Position numbers and translations under genes: made by a program. Under the pieces are notes generated by a model. The model was not told the origin of the DNA and made no database searches. It worked only from the letters and a program-made list of their open reading frames with translations. From Paragordius varius (taxonomy: Eukaryota; Animalia; Nematomorpha), in NCBI GenBank assembly GCA_964247055.1, contig OZ176054.1, positions 7,130,001-7,194,000 of the forward strand: DNA of 64,000 nucleotides. Reading direction: 5' to 3'. The stretch's first letter is position 1. Every line of letters begins with the position of its first letter. This document shows positions 11,551 through 26,807 of the stretch, piece after piece.

Positions 11551-14500
11551 TTAATATAATTGTTGACGATTATCATCGCCATAACTTTTGTTATTACTAA
11601 TATTCATAAAATTGGTGTATTGATATAATGGTTTTTCCATTTGAGATTGAGCTTTGGTTTGTAAGTTTCCGCAATCATTTACCTTATTATTCAAGTAATT
11701 ATTTTTGTTGGAATAATTTATCATTGAAACATATTCGATCCCATTTTTGGTAGCATCAAAACCATTCGTATTAACATTACCATTTAAATGTGAATTACAA
11801 TTTTGAATGGTTGGACTTCGTAGCAATACGAGTCTGACAGTATGTTCCCATGATTTAATGAGTTCTAGAGCTTGAGCATGGGTTAAGGCATCAGTTTTAA
11901 CTCCGTTAATTTCTAGTATTTGGTCACCAACCTATTGTAAAAAATATTTGAAACAAAATCTAATCATAAGAGTTAGTTTTAGGAAAGAGACATAAATTAT
12001 TCTAAAATTTGGATCTTAAAAATGACAAACATTTGTTTGTTTTATAGAAGTTAAATTTATTTACTAAGAAATATATTATTAATAGAAAACTTTGCTAATG
12101 CAAAGTAAAGATTTAAGCATAAAAATTATTAAATATGTGCGTACATGCAGAATTTTTTTTCTCGATACATTAATTGAAAATCCTTTTGAACAATAATAAA
12201 CTTTCAACAAATTTTTATCTTCAAATCAAAACCTGTATGCGACCATCCTTGTGAGCTGGTCCAGAATCCGCAATGCCATAAACGTACAAAGGCATGTTTT
12301 GAAATTCTTTGCCTCCGCGTATGCTAAATCCAAAACCACGGGTACCTTTAAAAAGTTCGACAGAAAAAATGTGCTTATTATTTGGGCCATTTTCTTTGGG
12401 AATTGTCTGTTGTAAAGTGGTTGTCAGTCCAACTTTGCTAACGTAATGATTGGTTTGTTGCATTTGTTCTTGGTATGAGATCATAGATTGTTGGGATGTG
12501 GTGTGAGGAGGATACTTCCCGATTGACGAATAAGAGTATTCCGGAATAAATGGTGTTAATCCATTATTTGTGTTACCTACAGCGTTTAAAAATATATAAT
12601 TGTCACTTAAAGGGAAGAAGTCGTGATCAAATTTTTTAGATTTATATTATAAATTTACTGTTTTTTACATCGTATTTTTTGGATATAAAATTAAATTTTT
12701 AGACACAATATTAACTTTGCCTGATGTTAAATCTTTAAAAATGTACCTAAATTACAAGAATAACATCCCATCAAATGGTTATATTTAACAAAACATTGCA
12801 AAATGTAAGCATAAATATACAAGGTTGAATTTATTACCATTTGCGATAATATTTGGTTTATTGTAGTCATTAACATTGATACTGGGTGGAGATGTTCGTG
12901 ACAATAAACTAAGATCAGATATACTATCGGCCAAATCTGCGCCAATCTGATCGTTGCCCAGACTATATTTACTAGTGCCCGCGGTTGAAACTGTAAGGTG
13001 TAGCGTTAAACCAGATCTTTTTATAAGCTCAACAATTTGTTGATGGGTAAAGTGAGACGAGGTTTCAGACTCAGAAACAATTGTTTTATCCAAACCATGA
13101 TGATGGGTGTCTTCAGACTGTTTTATCGTAGCACTAGCACGGGGTTGAATATCGATACCATTTATAGCCATTATTTTTTGGCCTCGATGGAGGTCAGGGC
13201 ATCGTGAAGCAGGTGTGTCGGGTAATATTTTATCTAGAGATGAAAAATTTATTAAAATATTTTAATTTTGGTTGGATTGAATTTTAAAAGTAAGAGCGAT
13301 ATAAAATTTGTGCATTCTCTCTCTAAAAAGAAAATTATAAAACAATAAAAATCTCAGCTTCAAATTGTATAAAAGTAGGTAAAAAGAATTTTTAATTTTA
13401 CATTATATTAGGCCATTATTTTCCTAAACCCAATACATGTGTACAACACTGGGGCCCAAATAGATGCCTCCGAAAATAATATTTTATCAAATTAACGAAG
13501 AAATTTCATAATTTTCAATAGCGAAAAATTTTATAATACCATTTACAATTCAAATTCAATTTAAAAATAAATTGTGTTTTCGGGCCAATATATATTAATA
13601 TGAAATAGATCTTTATGTCTTAGTTTTTTATTTTTTCAGTATTATTATATTATTAGAATTTTTAAATAATATAAAAAAATATAGGTAATATTTAATCTCA
13701 AAAAACCATAATTTATTTTAGGGTGAATTTATGTTGTCAAAGGGTAATTTGAATTGTTCAAGGGTTAGTTTGAAGTGTAAATGGTATATATTAATATTAT
13801 TCATTTTTGATGCATTCATTCCTGAGATATCGCTTAAAACGCAATAATAATTAAAAAAGAGAAAAATGCGACAAACCACATATTTCATTTTTCCTATCAA
13901 ATAATTTTACATGGTGAATAAAAATATAGTATTTTAATCAATAATTTTTCAAAAAAACAGATAAAACATGTAGTTACTAATGAAAGAGCCTGATTTTCCA
14001 TCCATCGATGATAGAATGATGAATCCAAATCCTTCATTTAGATTAGGTCGGTGTAAGGTACAAGTTTTGATATTATTATTATTATTATTATTTGGTAAAC
14101 TTGAATTCAATATTGAAATATTATTTCTATCGCCATCATTAACATTTTTGCTAAGGGGTGATGGTGAATTTATCATAGTTTGAGCATCTGGACTATTGGT
14201 AGTACCATAATCTATATAGATTTGAAATTTTTGTTTGTTATTGTTTTTCAAAGCGGATTTTTTCAGCAAATGGTTTTATTATTTATCGAAAATGAGCTTT
14301 AAAAATACAAAAAACTTGAAATAAACGATACTTAAGCAAAGTAGATGAAATTCATATGATTGGATATGACTTTTGACCGGTAAAAAATAAATCAGTCTCA
14401 CCAGTTAATAACTATTTATTAGCAATAATAGTTAACAAAAAAATGACAAAATAAATTTAACTGGTTCTTTGAAATTGACAAACCTTATCCTTGTCATAAC

Positions 14501-17500
14501 CCTAAATAATAAATAAAACAAAAAATCACATGGAAATCCTGGAGGTGTTTTTCCATTATAACGAGTTAAACAATCATTCAATTTCTCCTTAATATGGTCA
14601 TATCGACTTTCTGATCTAGATTGTTGTTGCTGTTGTTGATTATTTATATTTGCCGCCATTTTTTCCGCTTGATGTGGAGGTGGAGTGTGAGCATTAAGGG
14701 AATTTTTAAACCCATTTTTATGATAGGATTGCGATATTTTTGGTGGTGTTATTTTAACCTCATTCGCATTATTAGCCATAAAATAATACGGGGAGGAATA
14801 TTTATTATCCTTATTTTGAGCTTGTTCAAACGCAGAATCCCGCAGCAAATTATCCAATGAATCACCCATTCTCGGTTGTATTTTGGAGTTAAAGGGTTGA
14901 TTGTTTTGCCTTTGAAGTGTTTTTGTTTTATCGAATTCCGCCAACATCTTCATATCATGGTCCACATCATCTTTCAAAAATTTAAATTTGTGTGGCAAAG
15001 TGTGATTACTATAATCGGTACATAAAGTACTATCCTTCCGATGTTTAACTGCTTTAGGGGTTTTAATATGGTTATTGTTGATGTTGTCATGACCATTCAA
15101 ATGTTTGAATATGTTTGTTGGTTTTGCTTTTTCAGACGGGTATGCGTGAACAATACCTCGACAAATGATAATTTGTATAACATTAAAGACTGGAATGGAA
15201 TTAAATAGGTTGAGAATGTCAGAATATGAGTAGCCCAAAACATTAACACCATTGACATAAACCAATATATCACCTGTGATTAAAATTATATGTTTAATTA
15301 TATGTAAAAAGAATTAAACTTACAAAATTTATCAAACCTTTGAGCAAATTTCCATCTCGAAAAGCAGGAGAATCTGGAACAATTTTATTGACAAACAAAA
15401 ATTCTTTGTCACGTTCACCGTGTCCTAGAATGGTAAAACCAAACCCGCGCTCACTTTTAGCTAAATGAAACCCAAGTAAACGGCCTCCATACTTTTCACT
15501 GAGTTGTAATGGATCTTTCGTGAATATAATTACATCATTATTCCCACAATGATTCAACTGTTTTGTACTTTGTGAAAAGCAGCCGTTTGATATTTTCGAT
15601 AAATCTATATACATACGGTATACAAACTATTTTTTCAAAAATTAATTTTAATTAATGGGCTTATGACTGGGCTTCTCAATATTAATATTTATAAGGCCGA
15701 ATTTTTCGTAAAACCAGAATAAAAAGGTTATAACCAACCTGATATTTTAGATTATATTATAGAACCGAATATTAAGTGTGGTTTTTAATTTATCATATGA
15801 AAGGGAACATCTTAAACTAGCCAAAAACATGCAAATTATTTTTTACTATTACTATTATAAATTAAACTAACTAAAAATACCAATAAAAGTATGATTATAA
15901 TAATAATATCGGGATTATACTTGTGAAAGATCGATTCTTGTAATTTTTGTCGCGGTCAATCAAGCTAATAGGGTGATCGATATAATCTAACCTAGTATTT
16001 AGAAATTAAAAATTTTAACGAAAATATACAGCTGGAATTTTTTGAATTCTTATAAATTCCTTGTTAGTGCAAAGTTAAAAACTAATTTAAATCGTTTTCA
16101 AAATAATGCAATTGGATCGATTCATGTGCAAATATAAAGTATTTTGTAGATTCATCAAGTTTTTAAATTTGAAAATATTTACAATGAGAGATTTGAATAT
16201 TACAATGTTTAAAATGTTTATCTCTATGACCATCCTTATTTTAAAATTAATTTTAAAAATATGCAAACTTTCCATTCTGTAAAGCAGACGATTTTTCAAC
16301 AAAATTGTTAGTATTTTGTGGTTGTTTGAAAGTATCGTTTGGCGATATATTCAAAGTTGCGTCCCACCGTTTTATTTTACTTTGGTCATTAGTGATGTTG
16401 GAATTATAATGAATGTAATTGGATTTATAAATGCTAGATTGTATAGTGCTTAACATATCTGTTGTCCCAGATATAATGGATGATGTCGGGGAAAATACTG
16501 TTTTTGCCGAAGATTGTAAATTGGTATTTTCTCTAATATTGATTTTAGAATTATTTATTAAGGTGCTAACAGGTTCGTGCCCTATGATTATGGGAGAATA
16601 CTTGATATGATCGCATGACAATTGATTTCCTTTAAGTTGTGTAGTCTCACTTTTATTGTTTACTGAATAATTTGATTCGTTGGACACAGTTCGATTCAAT
16701 TTATTTGAAATGTGAGTGTGCTTTTTAGTATCAAAATCCTGGATCGTGTTAAAAGTTTGATCTCGTATATCATGAGTTATTGGTTCTGGATTATTAACGT
16801 GCAAGGGTGATTGAAAAGAATCTATTGATTTGCCTACCGGATCGGAAGGGATTGATTCAATCGAATGAGCTGATAAGGAATTTAGTGAATTCAGCGTTTC
16901 ACAGGATACGATAGATGTTTGATCCTTCCCATTTAATGGATAAGGAGGTATTTTATTACTTTGGTTTTTATTACGGCTGTTGTATTCAATATCAATGGTA
17001 CACGTTAAACTTTTTTGTAGATTTGAGTGCTTTTCGCAGAGTGATTCGGGTGTAGTACTGCTATTATCTTCCGATGTTTTAGCTATATTGTCCGTTTTTT
17101 GATCAGTGGTAGGGTAATTAATTGGACATGATTTGATAGAAGTTTCATATAAACTCGTAGGTGATTTGGGAGATGAACTAGTATTGCTACTTAAATTAGT
17201 GGAATTTTCTTTCAAATCGTTTGGAATTATTGGCCGAGGCGTTCCATATAAATTACCTAAAGTAAATATTATTGTGATATCAAGCCGATAAATTATAAAA
17301 ATAATATAAAACGTTTTGTGAACATATAACTTCACATAATCATTTCCTGATTATAATCATTAACCTGTTTTGATTGGTACTCAATAAACTACCTATCTAC
17401 CTACCGCATTACTTCAAGTATATATAACATTTTATCGTACAACACTTTTGTGTTGTAATATTTTATGTGCTTAGCAATATGGATTGTAAATCTTTACAAA

Positions 17501-20500
17501 TATCAATGAATATTAATGAATCAAGCAATTAATATCGTGATTCATGCATTAAATTAAAAAAATTCCATTTCAACATTATTCCACAGAGGCGTGAAAAATA
17601 AGGTATTTAACCTCTATTTCCACAAAGTAAGTTTTTTTAATTTCAATGTGTATACCAAAAAAAGTTATTATGTAAAAACTCAAAAATAATAATTTTGCGC
17701 AATATAATATCGGTATATTATTACACACAAAACAATTTATCACTTTTCCTTTGATCTAATCTAGCTGTTATTATCTGTATCGAAACCAAATTATGATTTC
17801 AATGAATCTACATTTTCTATTGCATTCAAAAAGGATAAATAAAGGTTATAACTAATATATTTGTTTTGTCGAAAATCCCCAACGCAACAAGGGTACCATT
17901 GAGCTGATGAAAAATGGCCAAAATTATACATTTATAGTATATATGACAATAATGAATATTATCAATAATCTGTTATATGCGAAATGCATCGGAAAGATTA
18001 GAAATAATAAAAACATAAAAAACAACGAGTAAAATTGTGGACATTGGGATTACATACGATGCTATTTAAAATTGATTAAATATATTGACAATAAGCTCAT
18101 TAAAGTTTTATAATAATACTTATTTTAATAGCTAAGTGAGAATTAATTTTGACAAAGAAATAAAATTTAACCTAATTAGATAATGTGTACCTATGATAAA
18201 ATATAATAATTAGATCGATTTAATACAAAGTTTATAGTTTACCGATGTTAGAAATATATTTAAAAAATTACCTTCAAATATTCCAAATTCAATCAATTGA
18301 CCAGTTTTTTGAAGAGCTGTAAATTGATCGAAAGATAAAAAATTATAGTCGACACCATCCTGTTCTCCGTGTCTAGGTGGCCGGGTTGTACCTACAAAAA
18401 ATGCAATATAAAAAATTATACCGCTTGAAAAATTATTGAATAATTTAATATTATTTATTAAATGTATATACATAAATTTTATATTCACCCGACTAACTTT
18501 AAATAAATTAAACTTTTGGCACCATATAAGAATATATTAATCGCAATATATAATGAAAAAACCTAAGCTAATTCATATGAGAACTTTCTAAAACAATTTG
18601 GTTATATTCCTTAATGCTCATGTATGAATAGCGGTACAAAATTTTACATATTTTTTGAATATTTAATTTATTACCCGTTAATAATTTAAAATATAATTTA
18701 TTCATAATATATTTATATATTCGTAATTAGATAGATTTGGCTCAAATAGTTTACAAATTAAAGTTTAAAATAATTTAAGTATTTATCAAATTTAATTTTA
18801 TATTATGAATATAAATTTTTTATTAACATACCAGTTATTTGAATATAGCCAATGATTGAAATTTATGAAATGATATTTTCATTAATTACAGTACAGTTGT
18901 AATATATATAATTCCAAAAAATAGCTTATTACCGTAAGTTTTAAGTATTATCATTAATTATGATTTGATTAATATTGAACTATAAAAAATTTATTAATAA
19001 AAATATAGGCTCCTCTTTAAAAAAAACGACGCTAGAATGATACAAAATTCCTGCTTGGTATTTTAAAATCTTGCAAAAATATTTAATATTTATAATAATA
19101 TAAAATAATATGTTACGATAATTTTTATCATTTTGAAAAAAAAATTATTAGCTAGAGTATGACACATAAACACAATGATGAGAGAGGAATAATATGCATT
19201 TCAGGTATTTTAAATATTCAAGTGTTGAGCAAACACACTTTCGAATATGCATATTTAATGCATAAAATAAGGAAAAGTTGGTTTGTATTCTATACTAATT
19301 AAAGGTAAACCTTACAGCAAAGTATGGTATAAAATTGAACTTGTTCACAATAAAAACAAAAATGGTATATCAAAGTAGGGGGAAATATAGTTTTATTATA
19401 ATCAAAAGAAATTTGACATCATACGTTACTGTATAGCAATATTAGGGATTCAATAACTACAATCATTATTATGTATCATAAATATCTGGTCAAACGACAA
19501 TTTATCCTTAATATAAATTTTATGAAATAATTATATTAATTTAATGTTTTGTAATTTATTCAACAATTATGTTCTACAGGTCGACACATCTATGAGGCTT
19601 AAGACTATTTTAGCAGTGATAGCACAATCTAATGAAACATATTACACATTTTGACAAAATTAATGAGCTTTTTTGAAAAAAATACCAAGTATATTTAACT
19701 TTTAGTTGAAGCTAAAATTTAATTAACCATTTATATACAACATCGATTCTCATGTCCCATCTTTAGGTAGGTAAATAAAATCTAAAGATTTAGATATTAT
19801 TGCTCAAAATGTTATATAAATTAAATTACTATCTAATAATAATATGGATTGATCCCGAAATTCCGTAATCCATAATTAAAAAACAGTGGAGGAATTGCAG
19901 GTTTGCGCCTCGGAATAATTTAGGAACTCTTTTTACGTTTTATATTTAAATTTGGTTTATTTGCCCTTTAGTGGAGAATCCCAAGCTAAAATCTTGCGGT
20001 CCGACAGTGTTGAAACAACTCTTATACTATCACATGTGATAAAACCAGAGGCATTAGAATAAAGTTATAAAACAGAACATTATTTCTTTATGATATTTGT
20101 CCGTCGTCAAGTTAAATTGAGTTTTTATAAAAAAAAATACAGAGTTCGCAAGCAAACCAATTATTTAATTAATATTCTGGGGTGTAAGAATTCTTCAGCA
20201 GCTTCTAAATGTATCGAAAAAGTGTTTTTATAATATCTTAAAGTACTTTTATACCGTATGCAGCTTCATCATGAAATTGCCTTTAACAAATTGCTAAAAA
20301 TTAATTTTTAGGCAAAAGTATGCATTTTTAAAAAAATAACTATTTTATAGTTTATTCTAGCATGTATTAAAAATTCTCGGCATTTTGCATTTATTTAAAG
20401 AAAACTAGCCCGTTTTAGAGGGGTGTGATATTTTGAACTTATTAGCCAACATCGAATAATTAATATATTTCATGAAATATATTAACAAAATATTTTGGTA

Positions 20501-23500
20501 TCTTTAATTTCTACCATAAAAATTATTAGACATAACATATGCTAAGGAGTATGCCAAAAGTGAAAACCTTCTTAAATGACTCATAAGCGTTAAAACCAAA
20601 GCACCATTTTGACATCTCTATCTCAGAATTTTGATCCCACTACTTCCATAAAAGCACAATGATCCCTTTTTTGTGTAAAAAACTTTTGAGCTTAAAAACT
20701 GGTGAATGAACAGATATGTTTCTCTATATCAAATAGCGTAGAAAAGGCGTTTTTGATACATTATAAGAGGGTCTATGCATACTTATAATATCTTTTCGGT
20801 ATGATAAAAAACCCTCTTTTTTCGCATAACAAAATATGTAGTTTAAAATTATTTTAATCTTATATAGCGGTTTCTATGGTATTCTTAGTTATAATAAATT
20901 AAGTAAATATTAGAAGCAGTCTTTTAATAATTTCTTGAATTGACGTCGTTCAAATACCATTTTTTAGATTTTGTTCTTAATGGACTTGGACGTCATTTAC
21001 GAAAAATTATAGACTTATAATCAAAGCTAGAATCAATAATCTTCCATACACTTACATAACAAAAATAATTGAGGTGACATTAACTCGGTATATAATATTA
21101 TGTTTAAACCACCTAATGTAGCAAGATGACGCGATTTTCTGATTTTGGCTAAATATAAAAATTTAGCGATATATTTAAAGACCTAAGAACAAAATTAATT
21201 TTGTGTTATGAATATATAATTATTTTAAAACTGTTTCCAGGCTTAAAAATAATTCCTAATTATCATTTTACACACTCCGTGATAATAAATATATTTTATC
21301 AGAATTTTTTGTGTGCATTGTACCAAGATGTAGTCATGTTTTTTCCGGTTTTTTGATTAAAAAACATGTAATTTTGAAGGGAAATTAACAATTCATTTTA
21401 TTCATATAATACATCGGCTTCTAAACATTTCGCCCATCTCTCAGGTAGTGTATTGACTTCCAGAAAAACTGATATGCGGAAAACCATTCAACAAGAAAAA
21501 GCTTTCGAAATTATTGAAAAGCTTCTCTGCGAGGGTGTGCCCCATTGATGCAAAGTAGTATTAGTCAGATAGCGCCAGGTCAGGAGAGTGCGGATGCAAA
21601 AGAATTTTTCATCAAAGCGATAAGGTCTTTTACTTGTTTTACTCTGTGAAACGGAGGATTGTCATTTAAAATAACTTTGCCATGACTCCAGACTAATTCC
21701 GGTCTTTTTTTATGCAGGTTTTATTTTAATCATTTGTTGGCGATAGCGTTGTAACGGTTTCACTGGGTTTCAAAAATTCATAATACACAATATCTATCAG
21801 GTCCCACCAGACACAGAGCTCGGTCTTTTTATCAAAGCATTAGGCATTGGTGTCGATTTGGAAAGGTAGACATCACAATCTTTTCGCTTTGGCTTTAAAA
21901 AACTATTTATCACCACCCCCTCAATTCGATTACAAAATAATTTTTCGGGACTTTGAGCAGCGTTCTAAAAGTTACTCTGCGATTTTGGATTTAGTGTTCA
22001 TTCAAAATGTGGGCCCTTTTATCGGGTTGATTGGTCTTTCTCAATGCTCATAGATATTTGATGTTTTTTGTGAAACATGTAATGCTTCTGCCTATTGTTG
22101 TTAAGTATGAAATAACTCTTGTACTTTAGCGTCATCGCAGTTGTGATCCATTAGAGCCAAACTCTTTCGCATGTGTTAATCGATAAAGCATGTCCACCAT
22201 ATGTTTCTGCCTTTTTCTTCGGATGGCAATGCGTTCCGAAGATGTTCTTTTTCCGCACAAAATCCGACATAATAATTGAATGATAAAAACAATACGTTAC
22301 CTTTTAGTGGGCTTAAATAGTGGGTGTTTTTGGTTTAATGTTAAACGACAAAATGGGGTCTTTATCAAATTAATCATCTGCACATTTTTAGCTGACGTAT
22401 TCTCTTATTTAAATCGCTAATAACTTATGAATATGATATTTATATATATATATGTCCATAGGGTTCATGTCATGGATGCAAAAAAAATTTTATTGTATGG
22501 CACTTAATAACTTAAAAACCGAATGCCTTCGTTTCCAAAACAAGTTATTTGAATTTTTCTTAAAAAATAATGATAAATTCAAAAAAAATGAAATAAATAT
22601 AATACTATTAATTTGAGAAAATCAATATGTATTTGTCATATTTCATATATTCTCGTTTTTGACTAATACTTATGTTATAAACATCTCAGAAATCATTGCC
22701 TAAAATAGGTATTTTCCTATTCAATAATGGTGAATATCAATTATATTTAAGTTATATTTTTCTAAAGGTATCTATATTTTACTTGTTAGTTAATTTTAAA
22801 ATAGACGGTTTTTAACGTTAATTCAGATGGTATAAGGTTGGCTTTGTTTTTCAATTTAAGTTTTTGGTTTTTAATTATATTTCTGTAATCATTGAGTACC
22901 AAAAATGAAGTTATTGAACCATAAAAACAGTGCACACAAAAAAATACTGGTGAAATATATATATTTTGATAGAAAAGGCTATCAGGGTCCTCAATATGCT
23001 ATTGGTTTTGGTCCTTACGAGTGTTATAAGAAATTTCTTTGCAGTTTGTGTAAATGGTCCACAAAAAATCGAAACCACATTATGCTAAACAAAACTTTTT
23101 TGGTGAAAGCCAAATGCTTCATTCCAAAAATGTCATTTAAATATAAGCTTCAGGATTATGAATATCTAAATGATATGTGCGGTTAAAATACTGGAAAAAA
23201 AGTAATCTTAATTTTTATGTTGTCAGCCAAAATTGAAAAATCGCATTATCGCATATTAGGTCAAATAAAATTGAATACAATAGATGAAAACGCGTCAAAT
23301 AAATTTTATTTGTTTAAATATAGGATAAGGATAATTTTGGATGCAAAATTATCAGAATTTACATTTTTTCGGAGGGTCCTAGAAAGACTTACACGAATAT
23401 AGGCTAAAAAATCGGACTTTGCGTCGCATTTGAATGTAAAAAACTTGTTACATGTGTTAAAAGATTTTAAGTTTTATCAAAACAATCATGTGTTTACTTT

Positions 23501-26500
23501 ATATATAGAGTTTACCCAATTATAGCCTTCAAAAATATAAGCTTTAAAATGAAAATTTTTCGAAAAGTTGCAAAGCGGAAGCTGAGTATAATATTTACAA
23601 AACATTCAATATATATTATAAATACTTTTTCCATACAATTCGATGCAGAAAAAAGATGTCTCATCTAAGATATTTCGTTTGGGGTTTTTTTTTACCCGAA
23701 AATCTTGATTATATATTTTTAGCGATTTGCCTTTTAATACCCTCTTTAGGGAATTTCGATATTCATAATTCTGAAGTTTTAGCTATCGAATGATATATCA
23801 TTCCTTAAACTTTATTTTTTGTTAGTGCAATACATGTGGTATGTGATAGCTAAAATTAAGAAATTACGAATATTAGCAAAATACTTAAGTATATATTAAT
23901 TTCTCTTTTAATTTATACAGGGGGTCTCCAGAACAATTGGCTTTCAGACCTTCGTCCATGCGACCGCTTGCTTTTTTTAAAAAAAATAATCAAACTTAAA
24001 CCGTGCTCATATAAATGGGTGATTTTTTTATATATCATTAAAAATAATAACTTTTAAATACCTATTTATTGAAATAAAATTAGAATTCTTTAATATCCGG
24101 CGCCTCTTCAACTATGGCGCCTGGCATCAGCCCCCGTCCCGCTAGCTACGTGTCTGTTGGCTTTCACACAATTTTTGAACCCCAGATTTTTTTTTAAACA
24201 TTCATTTTAAATTTTTAAAACAGGAGGGCCGCATGTCGGACAAACCGGAGAAGAGTATAAATCAGGAATATTTCTTGATCCTATACAAGATGATTTTAAA
24301 ATCTTGTTTATAGATTCTGACCCTATCAAAACAAACGACTGATTTTAAAATATACAATAACAAAAATTTGATATTAATGTGTAATTAGAAAGCTTTCTAA
24401 AGTTAATTAAAAAAATCCAAAAAAATGGCGGGCGAAAAAACTTTTTATGAGGATTTTTTACAATATTACATTTGTTAAAAAATCAAAGTGAAAAAAATGC
24501 ATGTATTTAAATTTAGCCCAATATCTTATAGTATACTTTTTATGATCAAATTATAAAATGCCCTGGGCCAAAAAACCTCAAAATATAATGAAGTGTAGAT
24601 GGTAATTAGATATTGTTGTAAAAATTTAATGTAAAATGGCGTTTACTCCCATTTTTAAATGAAGCGGCTTATTATTTTAAAGCGCTTAACTATTGGTACA
24701 CTGAAAGTACTTCTTGAATCCATATGGTCTTTGGGTTTTCTTAAAATTTGCTTCAAATATTTTTACACAGAGGCGTATTTTATTAAGGGTAAAACTCCAT
24801 CCAGCCTATTGAAAAAAGTGGAATGAAGTTTTTGCTTTCATACTAAAATAGCAATCCTTACATAAATCATATGGTCTCATGGGTTTTCTGAAAATTTGCT
24901 TAAAATAATTTTTATATGGTGGCATATTCAACACTTTGGTTTAACATAAAAAAGGGCTCGTAGTTGAAACTTATATTAATTTTATATGGCCTCATGGAAA
25001 TTCGCTTTCACGTTAATGCGAATTTTACAAAATTAAAGTTCTATCCACCGGCTGATTCAAAAAGCTTTGGTAGGATTATTGTACTTCTACTGGGTATACA
25101 AACCCTTAATAGTTTAACTAGAAAAAATTTCTTTCATAATATATTGGCTAATTGAAAAAAATAGCCCTGATGCTCGGAGCAATCATGAAAAATAAAAAAA
25201 ATCTATAATTGAAAATGAGCCACACACGTTCCTGGATTGTTTCAATGACATGATTTTTGGGGAGTTAGTTTTTCAAAAAATCCCTTATTTTGTCATGCAA
25301 TCTAAAAAAAAGGGGCTCGACTATGTTGAGCATTTATAAATGAGTAAGAATTTTTGACGTTTGAATTTGTTTGAAAAATTTTCTTAAGCCAACATTCTAT
25401 ATTTATTATTTTTTCATTTCAAAACAAATCGGATTTCATAGCTTTTATCGGTTGTCGTTCAGGGTTTAAATATATAATATGTTGATATTAAAAATTATGG
25501 GCACTCTCTTAACTGAAGCGTAATCCTTTACTGTAATTGTTTCATTAGGCTGTGTAAAAATTAAAAAAAAATCGTTTCGAAAATTGGCAGCATAAAAAAT
25601 TACTTTGCCCTTGTTTTTACTCAATTTTCGAGTATCATTGTGTCATGGTTTTAGCTAATTGATGATATTGACACTAAATTAACTTTTCGTGCGCAACGCG
25701 TAATATAATTAAAATAACCCAAAATATCGCTTTATAAAAATAATTTAATAGAACACTCTTAGGAATTTGGATCTTAATGATTTTAGAACTTCATAATACC
25801 TATATATTCATACAATTATAAACTTGTTGTCTAGAAGCAGTTTTTTAGAAAAGGTATAGGCCCATTAAAATAAAATCGGTGATCATATTCGTTTTCAAAA
25901 ATTTAAAATAAACAGTTTTTCCGACGAAGGACACATTCAAATTAAGTAATGATTTTTTATTTGACAATGCGCCGATATTGATCAGTTTTTTAATATTAGT
26001 CCCGGTTAAGTAAAAGTTTATTGTAATATACATTATTTACATTAATATCTCCCTTGTATATACATTTTTTAATTTGTATCAGACAATTATATCTAATAAT
26101 TTCATCATTCGTTGGCTTAAAAATTTCATCCCCTAAAATGAGATATCTTTGTATTGATTTAAGCGCCATTTGAGATATATAGATTTTTGGGCTCTCAATA
26201 CTAGTATTTTTATACTTTTAATTTGGAAAAATTAAGTTAGAAAATAAACCTAAGATATTTTTCAATATTTGAATTTGAAATTGTCTGAAACGGCTGTCAA
26301 AAAAATCAAAATTTGTGTTTATGGTTTAATGCAAATTTTAAAAGAGGTAGAATTATAAATGTGCAAAGAATCATTTTGAAAACCGGTCAAATTTTGTAAT
26401 AAATTCCTTAAACTTTTCTAGTTAAATATAGCATACTTGCAATGCATTCAAAATATTGTTCATTGTTTATTATTTTGTAAAAAATGTATTCAAAAACAAC

Positions 26501-26772
26501 ATGATTTAAAAAATTTGTGTTACCTCATTAAAGCTATATATATATATATATATTTCAGTATCGTTTTAAATTAATTATAAATAATTATACGAGTCAAAGT
26601 TCTGATATAATTTGTTTTATACTTTTTAGACTAAATAATTATTGTTGTTTTGCACAACAGGTTGCAAGCAAAAACATCTTGATTTAAAATTGAATTATAA
26701 TTAAATTGACATTTATTTAAATAAGGTAAAAACGTTTAAACTAATGGAAATTATACAATGTTAAAAATTAAA

Positions 26773-26807
<35 letters not shown>

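Noticed and set aside
14460-14529. Possible 28-nt intron and micro-exon in mid-MAGI (GTGATT...TTTAG)
   Set aside because: Splicing from the phase-1 donor gives an immediate TGA. It would be an exception to the 5' polarity if cDNA showed otherwise.
20150-20300. Alternative MAGI exon 2 candidate (QFVKGNF...)
   Set aside because: Wrong phase and in-frame stops; the segment at 32517-32582 aligns better with the PDZ0-GuK linker.
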